A stretch of DNA of 63,038 nt, filler included, from Licmophora abbreviata (taxonomy: Eukaryota), in NCBI GenBank assembly GCA_900291995.1. It is 11 parts of 11 records of this genome, joined end to end, with 100 filler letters (N's around TTAATTAATTAA, not from the genome) between each part and the next. Parts side by side here need not be neighbours in the genome. Positions count along the whole stretch, not along the records: positions 1 to 7,067 come from OLMU01000137.1; positions 7,168 to 18,323 come from OLMU01000138.1; 9 more parts are not named here. One strand, 5' to 3'. Below, piece after piece: positions 1-11,156 of this stretch. Each line of letters starts with the position of its first letter. Positions within the stretch are counted from its first letter, which is position 1. A program made the position numbers and the translations under genes. The notes beneath the pieces are model-generated. The model had not been told where the DNA came from. It did no database searches and saw nothing but the letters and a program-made list of their open reading frames with translations.

Positions 1-375
1 CACTTTCCACTCCATTGGTAAGTAGATTGAGGTCTCTGAACCCTAGAGACATGGAGGTACCTACCGCCGGGCTGAAAGAATGTGACTTTGCGTCCACAAT
101 CCTTCGCCCTTCATTTCTACCCGAAAGATCTACGGCGGCAGCCATCCGTTGAGTTCAACCAAGCTGAGAAATGATATCGGAGGCAGTGACCCATCGGTGA
201 TCATGGCCAAGAGAGCCGTGGTATGTCCGAGAGAAGCTAAAGGGATCGCTCGCAAGCATGCTTTGTGCTCGAGACTGACGGCGAGATTCCACTTTTTCTT
301 TGAGTCGCGTCGTACAATCGCGATGCATTCTAACATTGCGCCCTGCTTGATTGTGCGTCGACAGCTTCATTGAAT

Positions 376-1980
376 ATGGTCAGCAACGGCGCATCAAACG
401 GAGGAGCCCCTCCTATCTTGGTCTTGTACAAGGTGACGAATTCGGACTCGGATCCCGAAGGAAGCAACTTCAACGCGTTTCAAATGCCACGGGTCAATGG
501 ACTCACTCTTGCCGCGGTGAAGCAGTAAGTTTTAACAAAAGCTATGCCCCTTGAACAGTTTCTGCGACCCTTCTGCATTAACTTGTTTCTAACGCATTTA
601 TTCTTTTTTGTCAATGGTGCAGTCACTGCACAGCTCTTCGGAGCCTCAGTCATATGGGCGCAGATGGATTTCATTGGCGAGTCTGCGTCGACGAAAAACC
701 TGTGCCTGGCGCTGCTTCCAAGTCAGGATCGTTTCACTTGGTGGGATATTCAGGACGAGAATGCCCGACTGCCTCTGAAGGAAACAAGTACCGGGGAGAT
801 CCAGCGAATGTTCACGCCATCCAAACATTCTCATGCTTCGGATGGTGACCACGCGAGTGCCACCAAAGCTGCCAAAGGTGCCTTCAAGAGTTTGGGAAAG
901 GCGATCTCGGGCGCGGTGGACGGACACCACCATGGGGATGATCATGGCCATCGTGTCAGTGTTATTGCCTTTAAGCTTTTGGATCTTGTGCGCATGCACG
1001 AAGACTTTAGTCACAAACATGGAGGCACATCGGCGGGGCATGCTCCACCGGCACCAGTCCGTGCTCCCCGCGTGGCGCCCCGGCCTCGTCCTGGATCGGC
1101 TGCATCACCGGCTCCTCGCGCCCCTCGTCCTCCTACGCGTACCGCCGCACCTGCTCAAGCTCGCTCTCAATCTCAGCCTCATCAGCAAGCAGTCCGACAG
1201 AGTGCCCCGCCGCGTACCGGTACCACACCGCAGCGCCGTCCTGCGCAAAAGCAGGAGGCGTCGCTGATGGACTTTGGAACTCCGGATGCTCCTGCTGGAA
1301 GGAAGTTTGGACACTCGGAGTCAATGCCAGCGTCCTTTGCAAACGAGTCGCGTGCGGAGCGTCTGAAGCGGGAATACGCCAAGAATCAGCACAAGCAGAA
1401 GCGTGTTTGGGATGACGTCGATCAGAGATGGGTCGTTGTCGAGGACAATGGCTCAGGTGTGAAGGGTGGCGGCACGTCTGCCCCACCCACGAGCACTACT
1501 TCTACCAAGTCAAAGACAGTTGGCATCTCGCTGGATGAGTCGAACGCCATTGGCAAGTCAGAAAACGTTGCTACGGCTGTGAAGAAACGCGTCGACGACA
1601 TGAAGGAGTCGCAGAGGAAGGCACTTTCGGAAATGCGCGAACGAGAGTCGAAGAAGAAACAGGATGAGGGCGCAGAAGACGCAGTTCGTAAGCAATTGGA
1701 GCCAAAGATCAAGGCGTGGAGCGAAGAACATGGAAAGAAGAAGCAGCTTCGTGCCCTGTTGGCAAACCTGCACACGATTCTCTGGCCGGAGGCGAAGTGG
1801 AAGCCAGTCAGCATCGGAGACATCTTGGACGACAGCAAGCTCAAACGCTGCTACCACAAGGCCTCTCGTGTTGTCCACCCCGACAAGACGCACCAGTTGA
1901 GCCCAGAGAATCGTTTCCTGGCGAAGAGAATTTTCGACGCCTTGGCACAAGCCAAGTCCGAGTTTGACGAGCAATCCTAA
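376..1980 (+). CDS. Auxilin-like C-terminal J-domain protein with N-terminal DIX-like domain (exons ~376-524, 623-1980; +1 frameshift at ~732-734)
   Basis: C-terminus has the auxilin signature: IKAWSEEHGKKKQLRALLANLHTILW...WKPVSIGDILD...KRCYHKASRVVHPDK. GTAAGT donor at 525 and CAG acceptor at 622 join an upstream exon (FNAFQMP..LTLAAVK) to GFHWRV...FTWWDIQDENARLP. Confidence 0.85.
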
Positions 1981-2661
1981 CTACTTTGATACTCTTCGAA
2001 TTTCGGGAGTGACCTGCGGCAGCCGTGAACAGATAGACTGCCACCAGGAGAGATGATTACGCCGGCATAAGCTTACACCTTGCTCTTAAGCTCCGACGAA
2101 CGTAGATATAAACCTGGTGCGAGACACCTACGAGTGGTAGTAATGCTTCTCTACATGACTCTGCATAATTGTGCTCGGTGCTCGTAACACAGATAGCGCG
2201 CCAAACTGTCAACCTCATCATCATCGAAAGCGGCGAACGCGAGCACTCCATCGGCGTCGACAGGACGAGCATTGCAGGTTCAAGTGGTCACCTTTGTCGA
2301 TTCCTCCCTCGAACTTCTACTCAGTCAGTGATGCTCTAGGAGTGGCCGGTGCAGGTCTTTCGCTACATATCAACGGGGCGGATGGGGCCTGGAGACGATG
2401 CCGACGAGGTCACCTATGTCATACTTGTAGGCTACTCCTGGTCCTAGCTATGACATAAAGGAGGCACCGGTACAGATGCAAGCTAGGAGCCAACAGGGCA
2501 AGTCGATGCGATCGCGCGCCTCGCACGGCGGGAAAGCCATGAGAAGATCTTTTTTAACAGAAGATTCAAGACGTCATATCGATGTCTTTGCATCAGCGCA
2601 CTTCCTTGCTGTTGCTTCCACAACCTTCATCCTGTTGCCCATCAGTACACTCGAGAGCTGT

Positions 2662-4489
2662 ATGAGAAAGACGCTACTGTCTCCTCCACCGGCGTCGATC
2701 TTGTTGCATGCCTTACTGTCTGTCTCGCCCACAAGTAGCGGCGCTTCTTTTGCACATCAATTCCACACGGGATCTTCCAAACAGGTTCGTCTCAACATGG
2801 TTGAAAGTGCAAAACGTAAGTCCCTATGGATTGCCGACAATGAAGATCAGGCTAAGGAAGCTCGTAAGTTAGACGTTTGGCCTCTCGACGAGCACAACGC
2901 CGTCTTGCTCAACGAAGTACACCCTCGAGACTTCGACATGTCGGATGAACCTCATCCAGTCTACGATCTCATCGCCATTGGTGCTGGCGCTGGTGGTCTT
3001 GTATCTTCGAAGCAGGTAATTAAAGCGTTCTGTGGCATGTGTATGCGTATAGAGATTGTCGACACTTCTTATCCAAAGTTTTGCTCGTCTATATCTCATA
3101 ATTTAGGCTGCACGTCGCGGTGCTAAGAGTGCCTTGATCAGTGAACACTTGGCTGGCGGTGACTGCTTGAATGTCGGTTGTGTGCCGAGCAAGGCCCTGA
3201 TTCGTTCGGCACGGGCATTTAACGAGGTCAAGCGAGCCGCCGATTTCGGCGTCGTGTTACCCGATGGAGCTGCCCCGAAATTAGATTTTGGTGCCGTCAT
3301 GCGCCGTCTCCGCGAGCGTCGTTCCAAGATTGCTCCCGCGGATGGTCACAAAGGAACAAGGGGTGCTGGAGCGCACGTCTATCAGGGTCGTGGTGTCTTT
3401 ACCGGACCAAATACTCTTGAAGTGAATGGAAAGAGTTTGACCTTTCGAAAGGCCGTCATTTCGACGGGCGGACGCCCTGGAGTTCCAAACATTTCTGGAC
3501 TTGAGGATGCTCCCTACACGACGAATGAAGTGCTCTTCAATCTTGCAGTGCTTCCTCCGCGCATGGTTATTCTAGGCTCGGGTGTCATTGCGCTAGAAAT
3601 GGCCCAGGTCTTTGCTTCTTTCGGCTCGGACGTTACTGTGATTCAGCGCAAGAGTCGTCTCTTCGAGTCCAAGGGAGGAGACATCGAAGCGGCCGAGCTG
3701 TTGCAATCCACTTTGGAAGAAGACGGCGTGACGTTTCTGTCGAATGCATCAACCAAGGAAGTCGTTACCATACGCGAACGAGACGAATCGTTGGACTCGC
3801 TTCCGCTCATGAAGCTCATTGTAGGTGTGAGAGATGGGGCCGATGTCGAACTCGAATGTGAATGCCTGCTTGTAGCCACAGGACGCGTCCCCAACGTGGA
3901 AAGCATGGCACTGGAAGCAGCCGGGGTAGAATACGAGGTCGGAAAAGGGATCACAGTAAACGATTTGTCTCAGTCGGTAAGCAACCCAGACGTGTACGCT
4001 GTTGGTGACTGCGTGGCGGGAGTGCCTCGTCTCACTCACTACTCAGGAGAAAACGCCAAGGTTGTGGTGCAGAATGCGCTCTTCAACGACAGCTGGAAAC
4101 TGAGCAGCTTGGTCGTTCCTGCCGTCATGTACACGGAGCCCGAGTACGCGACTGTAGGCCTCTCGGGGGAGGGTCAAGCCGAAAAGGCCGGCGTCAAGGT
4201 TGACGTCTACCGTGCGGGATTGGAACACAACGACCGTGCGATCCTCGAGAATGACAATCGCGGTTTTTGCAAGATTCTTTGCAAAGAGGGCACGGACGAG
4301 ATTGTTGGTGCCACTATAGTGGCTGCACGGGCTGGTGAAATGGTGAATGAAATCTCACTTGCGATGAAGGCTGGCATTGGCTTGAAAGTAATTGGTAGGA
4401 ACATCCACTCGTATCCTACGACCGGCGAAGCTGTCATGGGATGTGGACTGCAGGCCATCAACAAGGAATGGGAACTGTTTACGGAATGA
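2662..4489 (+). CDS. Class I pyridine nucleotide-disulfide oxidoreductase, 'mercuric reductase-like' family, probable plastid presequence (intron ~3016-3107)
   Basis: YDLIAIGAGAGG FAD motif, GGDCLNVGCVPSK redox disulfide, GSGVIALE NAD(P)H motif, YAVGDC, HSYPTTGE. Hydrophobic N-terminus ends in GASF. Confidence 0.85.
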
Positions 4490-4562
4490 TCTGCTGCCTC
4501 TAGTGTTGCTGACAGCATCTTCATTTGTGGTTCGGTGAGCATGATGTGAATCTAGAATATGG

Positions 4563-7410
4563 TTATTTTCGTCGTCGCTTTGATTGTGAATGAATGGGTC
4601 TGCCACTGTTGTCATCACCTGTGGACGATGAGCCAGAGCCTCCACTGTGTTGAGAGAAGTGGAAGCGGCCATAGTGATCCATTTCCACCCTTCCTGGCGT
4701 AGCTTGCTGGTGGCGCTCGCGAGGGTGCTCCATCTGATGCCATTCAGCGGCGACGCCGTTTTGCTGCCCCACGAATTCCCGCGCCTTCCGTCGTTGGTCG
4801 GGTGTCATACGATTCTCCATTCCGTAGAGAGACAAGATTTGGTACTGAAAGCAGAGAAATTCGAGATCAGACTGCAAGGAGAAGTCCATTGTCATTGGAT
4901 CACAGTACATGATGTTATGAACGTCAGGGACGTTGCCATCGAATCCGCCATAAGCGAAGGCCGTGCACTCCATAATGCGAAGTACAGCAACGGCATCCTC
5001 CAATTGAACAACGTTGCGGTACAATAGTCGAGCATGAGCTTGAGAAAGTCTAATCATCGACTCCAGGAAGCGAACCGTGACGGGAATGGTAGAGCTCTCG
5101 GCCATACGAACGCGTTCGTAGTGACGCTCTAAAAGAGTCGCCGCGTCGTCGCTCATGGCCGGACTGAAGCGATCTTTGACTAACGCAATGTAGGCACGCA
5201 GTTTTTCCATGCTCCATGGTGTCGTCTCGAGTGGGCTTCCATCCTCCGTCGTGTCGAGCCCAGCTCCCTAAAGAACACATTCGGTCAGACGGTAATGAGA
5301 ATAGCTTGCCAACATCATATGTAAAGAGCTGTGAAAGATTCAACCTGAATTGGCTTACCTGGATAGCTCGATTCAGAAGGTACGTCGTGATGTTTGCATC
5401 GCGTTCTGCGTCCGACGAGTCGACAAGCTTGAAAATAATGTCGAATCGCGAAAGAAGAGGGGTTCCCAGACCAGTGTTGCGAGAAAGGCTGGCATGATTG
5501 TCGTACAGACAGTCACGGGGGTTCATGACTGCAATAATGGTGGCACGGCAGTTCAGCTTGCAGACGATTCCAGCTTTTGCGATCGAAAGTGTCTGCTGCT
5601 CCATGGCTTCGTGGATGGTCGTTCGATCTTGCTCTTGTATGCACCCGAACTCGTCGATACAGCAGACTCCCTTGTCCGCAAGGACGAGAGCACCAGCCTC
5701 CAAAACGAACTCTTTGCCACTGCCCTCCCGAACGGCAGCGCAAGTTAGACCTGCCGAGGTTGTACCGACCCCGGTCGTCAGAACAGAGCGAGGACAAAGC
5801 GTTGCAGCAAAACGTAGAAACTGAGACTTGCCCGTTCCTGGGTCTGTATTTCAAAAGAGGTAAGCAGCGTCGATATAGCAAGGCATTCGAGTACTAAACA
5901 ACGTGACAACTCACCTCCGACGAGCAGCAGGTGCGACTGGTCCCGGCGACGTGTCTGGACCGTCGCTTGTCGATGAGTTTTGCGCAGTTGTGACAGTCCT
6001 CGTGCACCCTCGTAGTTGCAAGTCGACTTGTTATCTACACATCTATTGTTCGCAATGTGGAACGGGACGGGCTCGTCATCGTCGCTATCGTTTCCATCCG
6101 ATGCGGCATGGGATGCTTCGCTTGGTCGTCGTGTGGCTGTATTGTTGGGGTCCTCATTCTCTTGGTGCTGCTGATAGGAGTCGGACGACACACCACCAAT
6201 CAGCGTTATCAGCAATGCCAGCTTGATCATAGACATGCCATACAGCTTGGGACATACAGCCTTGCAAATAAAGTCTCGCGCGGCAATGGGATTCTCCAGA
6301 TGGTGGGGGTCGTTCCAGTAGTCATCAAATTCCAGTCGAAGCTTGTCCATGTCGCCCAGTGCGGTTGTATCCCCACTCTCCCACCCCGAAGCCCCTTTTT
6401 CTTGCAAAACACGAATCGAATGAGCCTTAAGCGCCATTCCAACATTGCAGTCAACTTCTGGAATGCACGCCTGATGCCACTGCGCGAGGAGCGATCCTAC
6501 CAACACAATTTCGTCGCCCGGTTGACATTTCTCGACAAGATCGTGCTGCAGCTTGATGAGTAGCGATCGAGGTATATGACCTACTCCAATGCGAGATGCC
6601 GCTTCTTGAATTTTGATTTCCTGATAGTCCGTATGTACCGAAGCGATATGTTTCAACTTGTTACCTCGACATCGTTCGCTCCCCGACTTGAAAAGAGGAC
6701 ACGAGTCGGGCTTGGCCAGGGCGTTGTGGCGTTGCTCAAGGTCTGCGTACTCGACAAAGGTTTGACCACAGCCATTCTTTCCGGTGCACTCGTAGGTTCG
6801 GGCACTTTCTTACATTTGCACCGGCGAAGCACGTACTACTGTCCCCGACAATTGAACAATCTTACCGACATCACTGGCATCGACCGACGCCAGGGAGGTA
6901 ATACAGCAGGTCGGGGCCAAGTGTACCAGTCGCGCATGCACTCGCGTCATGGGCTGACCACCTTCTCCCTTGTCGCCCTTGACAGTGAGAGAAGCTTCGG
7001 AACGCACGTGGCTTCCTGGTTGCAGTTCCGATCGAATTGTTTGTTGCGCCAGGACAATTGCGTTTTCNNNNNNNNNNNNNNNNNNNNNNNNNNNNNNNNN
7101 NNNNNNNNNNNTTAATTAATTAANNNNNNNNNNNNNNNNNNNNNNNNNNNNNNNNNNNNNNNNNNNNATCGGCGTGCAGCAAGTCGAACATGTTGATTTC
7201 GAGCGGGTAGTCCCGTGTAGTGGAGCTCTGTGCTGCCAACAGGGTCTGCAGGGAGGCCCGGCATGTGTCAGTTCGCAAGAGGTGTCGTAGAAATCGCTGC
7301 TCGACTTCCGTCGGGGGACCAAGGTCCTTGTAGGACGCTCGTTGCAACCGCTCTGCGGACCAGTTGTGTAGGTCTAGTGCAGAATCCGCTTCGTCTAGAT
7401 TCGGTTCCAT
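4563..7410 (-). CDS. MCM9: MCM8/9-family DNA helicase, most like MCM9 (multi-exon, spans assembly gap, in-frame TAA at 6810-6812)
   Basis: [23 protein letters not shown] Walker A split by an intron, [74 protein letters not shown]. Confidence 0.88.
7068..7167. other. Artificial assembly linker (N-TTAATTAATTAA-N, 100 nt). Same at 18324-18423, 21661-21760, 29146-29245, 34927-35026, 39293-39392, 48722-48821, 51477-51576, 55444-55543, 60899-60998
   Basis: Identical 100-nt blocks with stop codons in all six frames. Genes continue across several of them. Confidence 0.97.
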
Positions 7411-7685
7411 CCTATAACCAGGATAGTTGAGCGCCGCAGTGGTACTGATGGCATCGACAAAGAGGACCCCACTCCACCACCATTGCCATGCTGCAGACCG
7501 CAGCAAACGCAAAAACGACGGCGCGCCAAATTCTTACACATATGTGTAACTCCGGGTTCTCTGTGATGGAGGATGACAATGATGGCGACGTGATGAGGGT
7601 GGGACGACCATGAAGACCGTAACAAAACATCAGCACCGTATCATAGCACTTCTCCCTCTCTCGCCCCCGCTCCTCCAATGCGCCC

Positions 7686-8261
7686 ATGTTGGCGCCTCAA
7701 AAGATCCTTTGGAGCACTCCCGACGAAGCAGTGCACGTATTGGCTCGCTGGATCGACTTGCAGACGAACGATTGTGTCTGCGACATTGGCTGTGGCGATG
7801 GACGAGTGCTGCTACAGTGGGCCACAGCCCTTTCATCGAAGCAACCGTCACTCTCAGTGACCTTTATTGGAATCGAAATCGACTTGGAACGATCAGAGCT
7901 TGCTCGAGCGAGAGTGAAAGAAGCGTATGAGCATGGAATCGTCTCTCCCAACATTCGCATCCACATCCACTGCGCTAATGCTCTCGACGCCACACACTTG
8001 TACCGAAATGCAAACGTATTCTTTCTCTACTTGATCCCAAGAGGTCTGCGACGCATACAACCTTTGCTCAAAGAGCTACTCAGTACGGACAATCAACATG
8101 AAGAGGACTGTTCACTGCTGCGAATCGTCACCTACATGTCGCCTCTTCCCAATGAGTCGCATGTCGCAAAGGAGTTGTGCCGTGTGCCTCATCAGCCCGG
8201 CGCGGCATGGCCATTGTACCTGTACCATATGAAACCTGTAGTAGAGACAATCACTTTTTAG
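7686..8261 (+). CDS. Class I SAM-dependent methyltransferase (FAM173/ATPSCKMT-like small lysine methyltransferase type)
   Basis: VCDIGCGDGRVLL motif I, FIGIEID, ANALD, ANVFFLYL.P.GL, RIVTY. Confidence 0.75.
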   Translation: MLAPQKILWSTPDEAVHVLARWIDLQTNDCVCDIGCGDGRVLLQWATALSSKQPSLSVTFIGIEIDLERSELARARVKEAYEHGIVSPNIRIHIHCANALDATHLYRNANVFFLYLIPRGLRRIQPLLKELLSTDNQHEEDCSLLRIVTYMSPLPNESHVAKELCRVPHQPGAAWPLYLYHMKPVVETITF

Positions 8262-8317
8262 TGCTACTCATCTCTCTTTCTCGCTAGTAGCTATTATCTC
8301 ACGCTGATTGCTGTGGG

Positions 8318-9499
8318 TTACTTCCGAACAAAGACGTCCGCTTGGTCATTGATCTGGATACCTGTCAAGAAGCCCGCAGAGCTCATCTCGGAGTTGCCCA
8401 CAGTCCGAGCCCATTGGCGAACCAATCTCTCCACTTCGAGATCCGACAGTGGATACTCGCTGCTGTCGGCTTGTCGATATTTCGCATAGAAGCGTCGAAA
8501 CGCCGCCACCACTTCACTCCGATGACAGTTCCCACCCGGTTTGAGACGCTGCTCGGCAAATCCGGCAAATTCCGAAGCCAGCTGCGATTCCCGATCAAAC
8601 TCTTCGCGTGTCGGCCCCTTTTCTCCAGATGCTATGCGTCCCAGCTCAAGCGCACCACCTCCAATGAGAGACACACCGGCCAGCTGCAATGCCACGTTCG
8701 CATCGCCCTCCGCGAGCACCAAGATCAATCGATCCGTTACAATGCCCAAGCATAGAAAGATTAAGCCCAACACAACAAAGAAAGAAATAGGTGGCGAGGC
8801 GAAGAGGCCATCGTTTCGGTCCTTCAGCCACTGTTCGTCTTCGGCATTGTAAAGTACATTGGCCAGTGGCGTCACTATCGGGTTTGATCGAGACCCGGTC
8901 AGAAACCACAGAGCACCACCCCACACCAAACTCGACACTATGTCTTTAGGGCCACGGAACAAAGTTGTGGATCCGACATAGTCCATGGACAAAGAGCTGT
9001 CGCGCTTCTTCTTTGCGATCTTGGCTTCGCGCAAGGCCGTCAAGTCCCGAGACACGTCACCGTCTTCAAAGTCCAAATCGTCGGGGAAGGTCTTTTCAAA
9101 AGCATTGGCGAGATCCAGATGAGGCGACAACGCTGACACGCCTAATATCGCGACGCTCGACGACAGAATCTTCCCCAAAGCCAACCGTCGACTTGACGAC
9201 GATGTGCTTGTCCCCGATTGGATCGAGCTGCGGTCGCCGTCGACGTCATCTTTCGATAAACCACGCAGCGATAGCAAAGGCCTGGAAGGGTGACACCTGC
9301 TAGGTTGCAAGTGGGAGACAGGCAGGTTCGTACTGCTCTGTCGAATCACCCCACTTCCAACAGAGAGAGCCTCGACGCTGCACGTAGCAACAACACAGAT
9401 CACACTCAACACGGACGAGGCGCCGACACGTATCCTGCTGGCGTTGGCCGTCAATTTCTCTCCGCAACGCATCTTTCGTTTCGTTTTCCCTTTGCTCAT
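8318..9499 (-). CDS. Uncharacterised plastid (probably thylakoid) membrane protein
   Basis: 393-aa ORF with a hydrophobic signal, Ser/Arg-rich transit region, SRR + hydrophobic + ANA motif, then about 3 hydrophobic segments. True start uncertain. Confidence 0.65.
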   Translation of the reverse strand: MSKGKTKRKMRCGEKLTANASRIRVGASSVLSVICVVATCSVEALSVGSGVIRQSSTNLPVSHLQPSRCHPSRPLLSLRGLSKDDVDGDRSSIQSGTSTSSSSRRLALGKILSSSVAILGVSALSPHLDLANAFEKTFPDDLDFEDGDVSRDLTALREAKIAKKKRDSSLSMDYVGSTTLFRGPKDIVSSLVWGGALWFLTGSRSNPIVTPLANVLYNAEDEQWLKDRNDGLFASPPISFFVVLGLIFLCLGIVTDRLILVLAEGDANVALQLAGVSLIGGGALELGRIASGEKGPTREEFDRESQLASEFAGFAEQRLKPGGNCHRSEVVAAFRRFYAKYRQADSSEYPLSDLEVERLVRQWARTVGNSEMSSAGFLTGIQINDQADVFVRK

Positions 9500-9841
9500 G
9501 GCCTGTAAGCGTGACTGCAGCTTTCGATTTAGCTAGACATAGGACACTATGTCGTCATGGAGAAATGCTGTGCTGTCGTTGGCGTGTTGTGCGAGCAGCA
9601 TCGATGTCGAGTCAGTCATCGTCGCAAGCTTTTCTCACAAGAGAAAACAGCGCGCGCTATTTCGGAACAAAACCCGGAGAAAAAATTGGCTTCCGAGAGC
9701 TACGGCTGTATATTGGGAACACACGATTATGGATTATACGTGCCGCCGACGACAACATAAGTTTCAAGCTGTCGTTTGGTCTGCATTCACTTTACTCTTT
9801 ACAAGCGTAACGCCAGATAGTCAATCTCAAAGGATCCAAAG

Positions 9842-10633
9842 TTATTGCTTCTTTCCTTCCTTCTTCTCGTGATCTAGCTGAGCGTTGACCAGAACCGAAA
9901 ATTTGCTCATGATGGGGTATCCAACCAGGGATATCAATACATACCATAAGACAGTGTTCCTCCGCCCCAATTTCAACGTCTTCCGACAATGGTACAGTGA
10001 ATAGATCGCCTCTGCGGTGTGCGCGACAACCGTAAAATACCAAGCTGCGTAAATCCAAATGGTGAACGTCGGCGCCGATCCAAACAGACTTTCAATCACA
10101 TCGTGCAACCGTTTGGCCCCTTGGAGCTTGGAAATAAGTGTTGCATTATCGAACGCATATGTGCAGTAGCCCAAAAGAGCGCAGGTCACCAAAATAATGA
10201 CGGCCAAGGGTTCCGTGAGCAGCCAAGATACACGAGGCGAAAGAACCTTGTGATGAACCTCAATCAGTCTTGGTCTACGATGCCGAATGAAAGAAACACA
10301 GGTGAGATGGTATATGAGAATGGCAGAGAAATCAAACGTACACTTGGTCATTCACTGCCATACCTCACTTCGCTAACCGATTGCAGTGGCGGCTTGAACG
10401 GCACAGTCGACTGCTTCATTTCACAGATATCCCCGCGGCACGTAACAAATGACAGCGTGCACCCCGACAATCTCACTTGCTGTCAATTTCACATTGCTAA
10501 TCTTAGCATTCCGGTATTTTCCAGAAAGTGAAGAAAGCACCATGCCCATGACACAGGCGGCATGATCCTCGTTCATGTGCTTGCAGATGCGCCGCGACGA
10601 CTCCGCGGTGATTTCCTGCGCGTCGGCATTCAT
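9842..10633 (-). CDS. DUF2470-domain protein fused to a TMEM254/DUF4499-like membrane domain (2 exons; frameshift at ~10477)
   Basis: SRRICKHMNEDH (DUF2470 signature) ... VPFKPPLQSVSEVR|PRLIEVHH, then TM helices with VAHTAEAIY...W....LVGYP. Confidence 0.7.
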
Positions 10634-11156
10634 GGCAATTTTCGACTCCAATCCACGACTCCGACCTCTGCCGTATTCCGATGGAATGTGATAGCTGAAA
10701 GGGTATCGTACCTGTACACAAGCACACACCGGAAAGCAAGCTCGATAGCTAAGCTGTCTTGGCGAGGCTCATCACAACAATGTCATTGAGCACGCGCGGC
10801 TCTCTATGCCGATGAATGAGGGCGACGCACGACTGATGATGTATGTGTGACCTCACACGCGTGATAGTGAGCCAAGATCCAAATATAGATGCTAAACCTC
10901 CATATCGTAATACATTAATGACACTCCAACTGACGAGTCGTAGAAAAGTCAATAACAATTTTGAACATAAAGAGCCTCATGGCTGGAGTTGCATAAGTTC
11001 CTCGAAGCTCTTTTTTGAAAGAGCTTTGCCTCTGTCGTGGTTCATCATCACGTTTCACTCGCGACCGCCATATCTCAGGCGTTGGCCCGTTGTAGACTGG
11101 CTGCGTTTGCTTTCAGCCCTAGTCTTCAAGCTATTCAACAGCGCTCCTTTATCACC

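Noticed and set aside
1..375. Possible 5' exon of a minus-strand gene or an snRNA at the window start
   Set aside because: No recognisable protein or RNA motif. Too little sequence to support a call.
2415..2457. Hairpin TATGTCATA...TATGACATA upstream of the reductase gene
   Set aside because: A 9-bp stem with no recognisable riboswitch, SECIS or snoRNA motif. Compatible with chance.
6810..6812. Stop-codon reassignment (TAA read as sense)
   Set aside because: Other genes here terminate at TAA (e.g. 1978-1980, 26487-26489), and this is a single instance.
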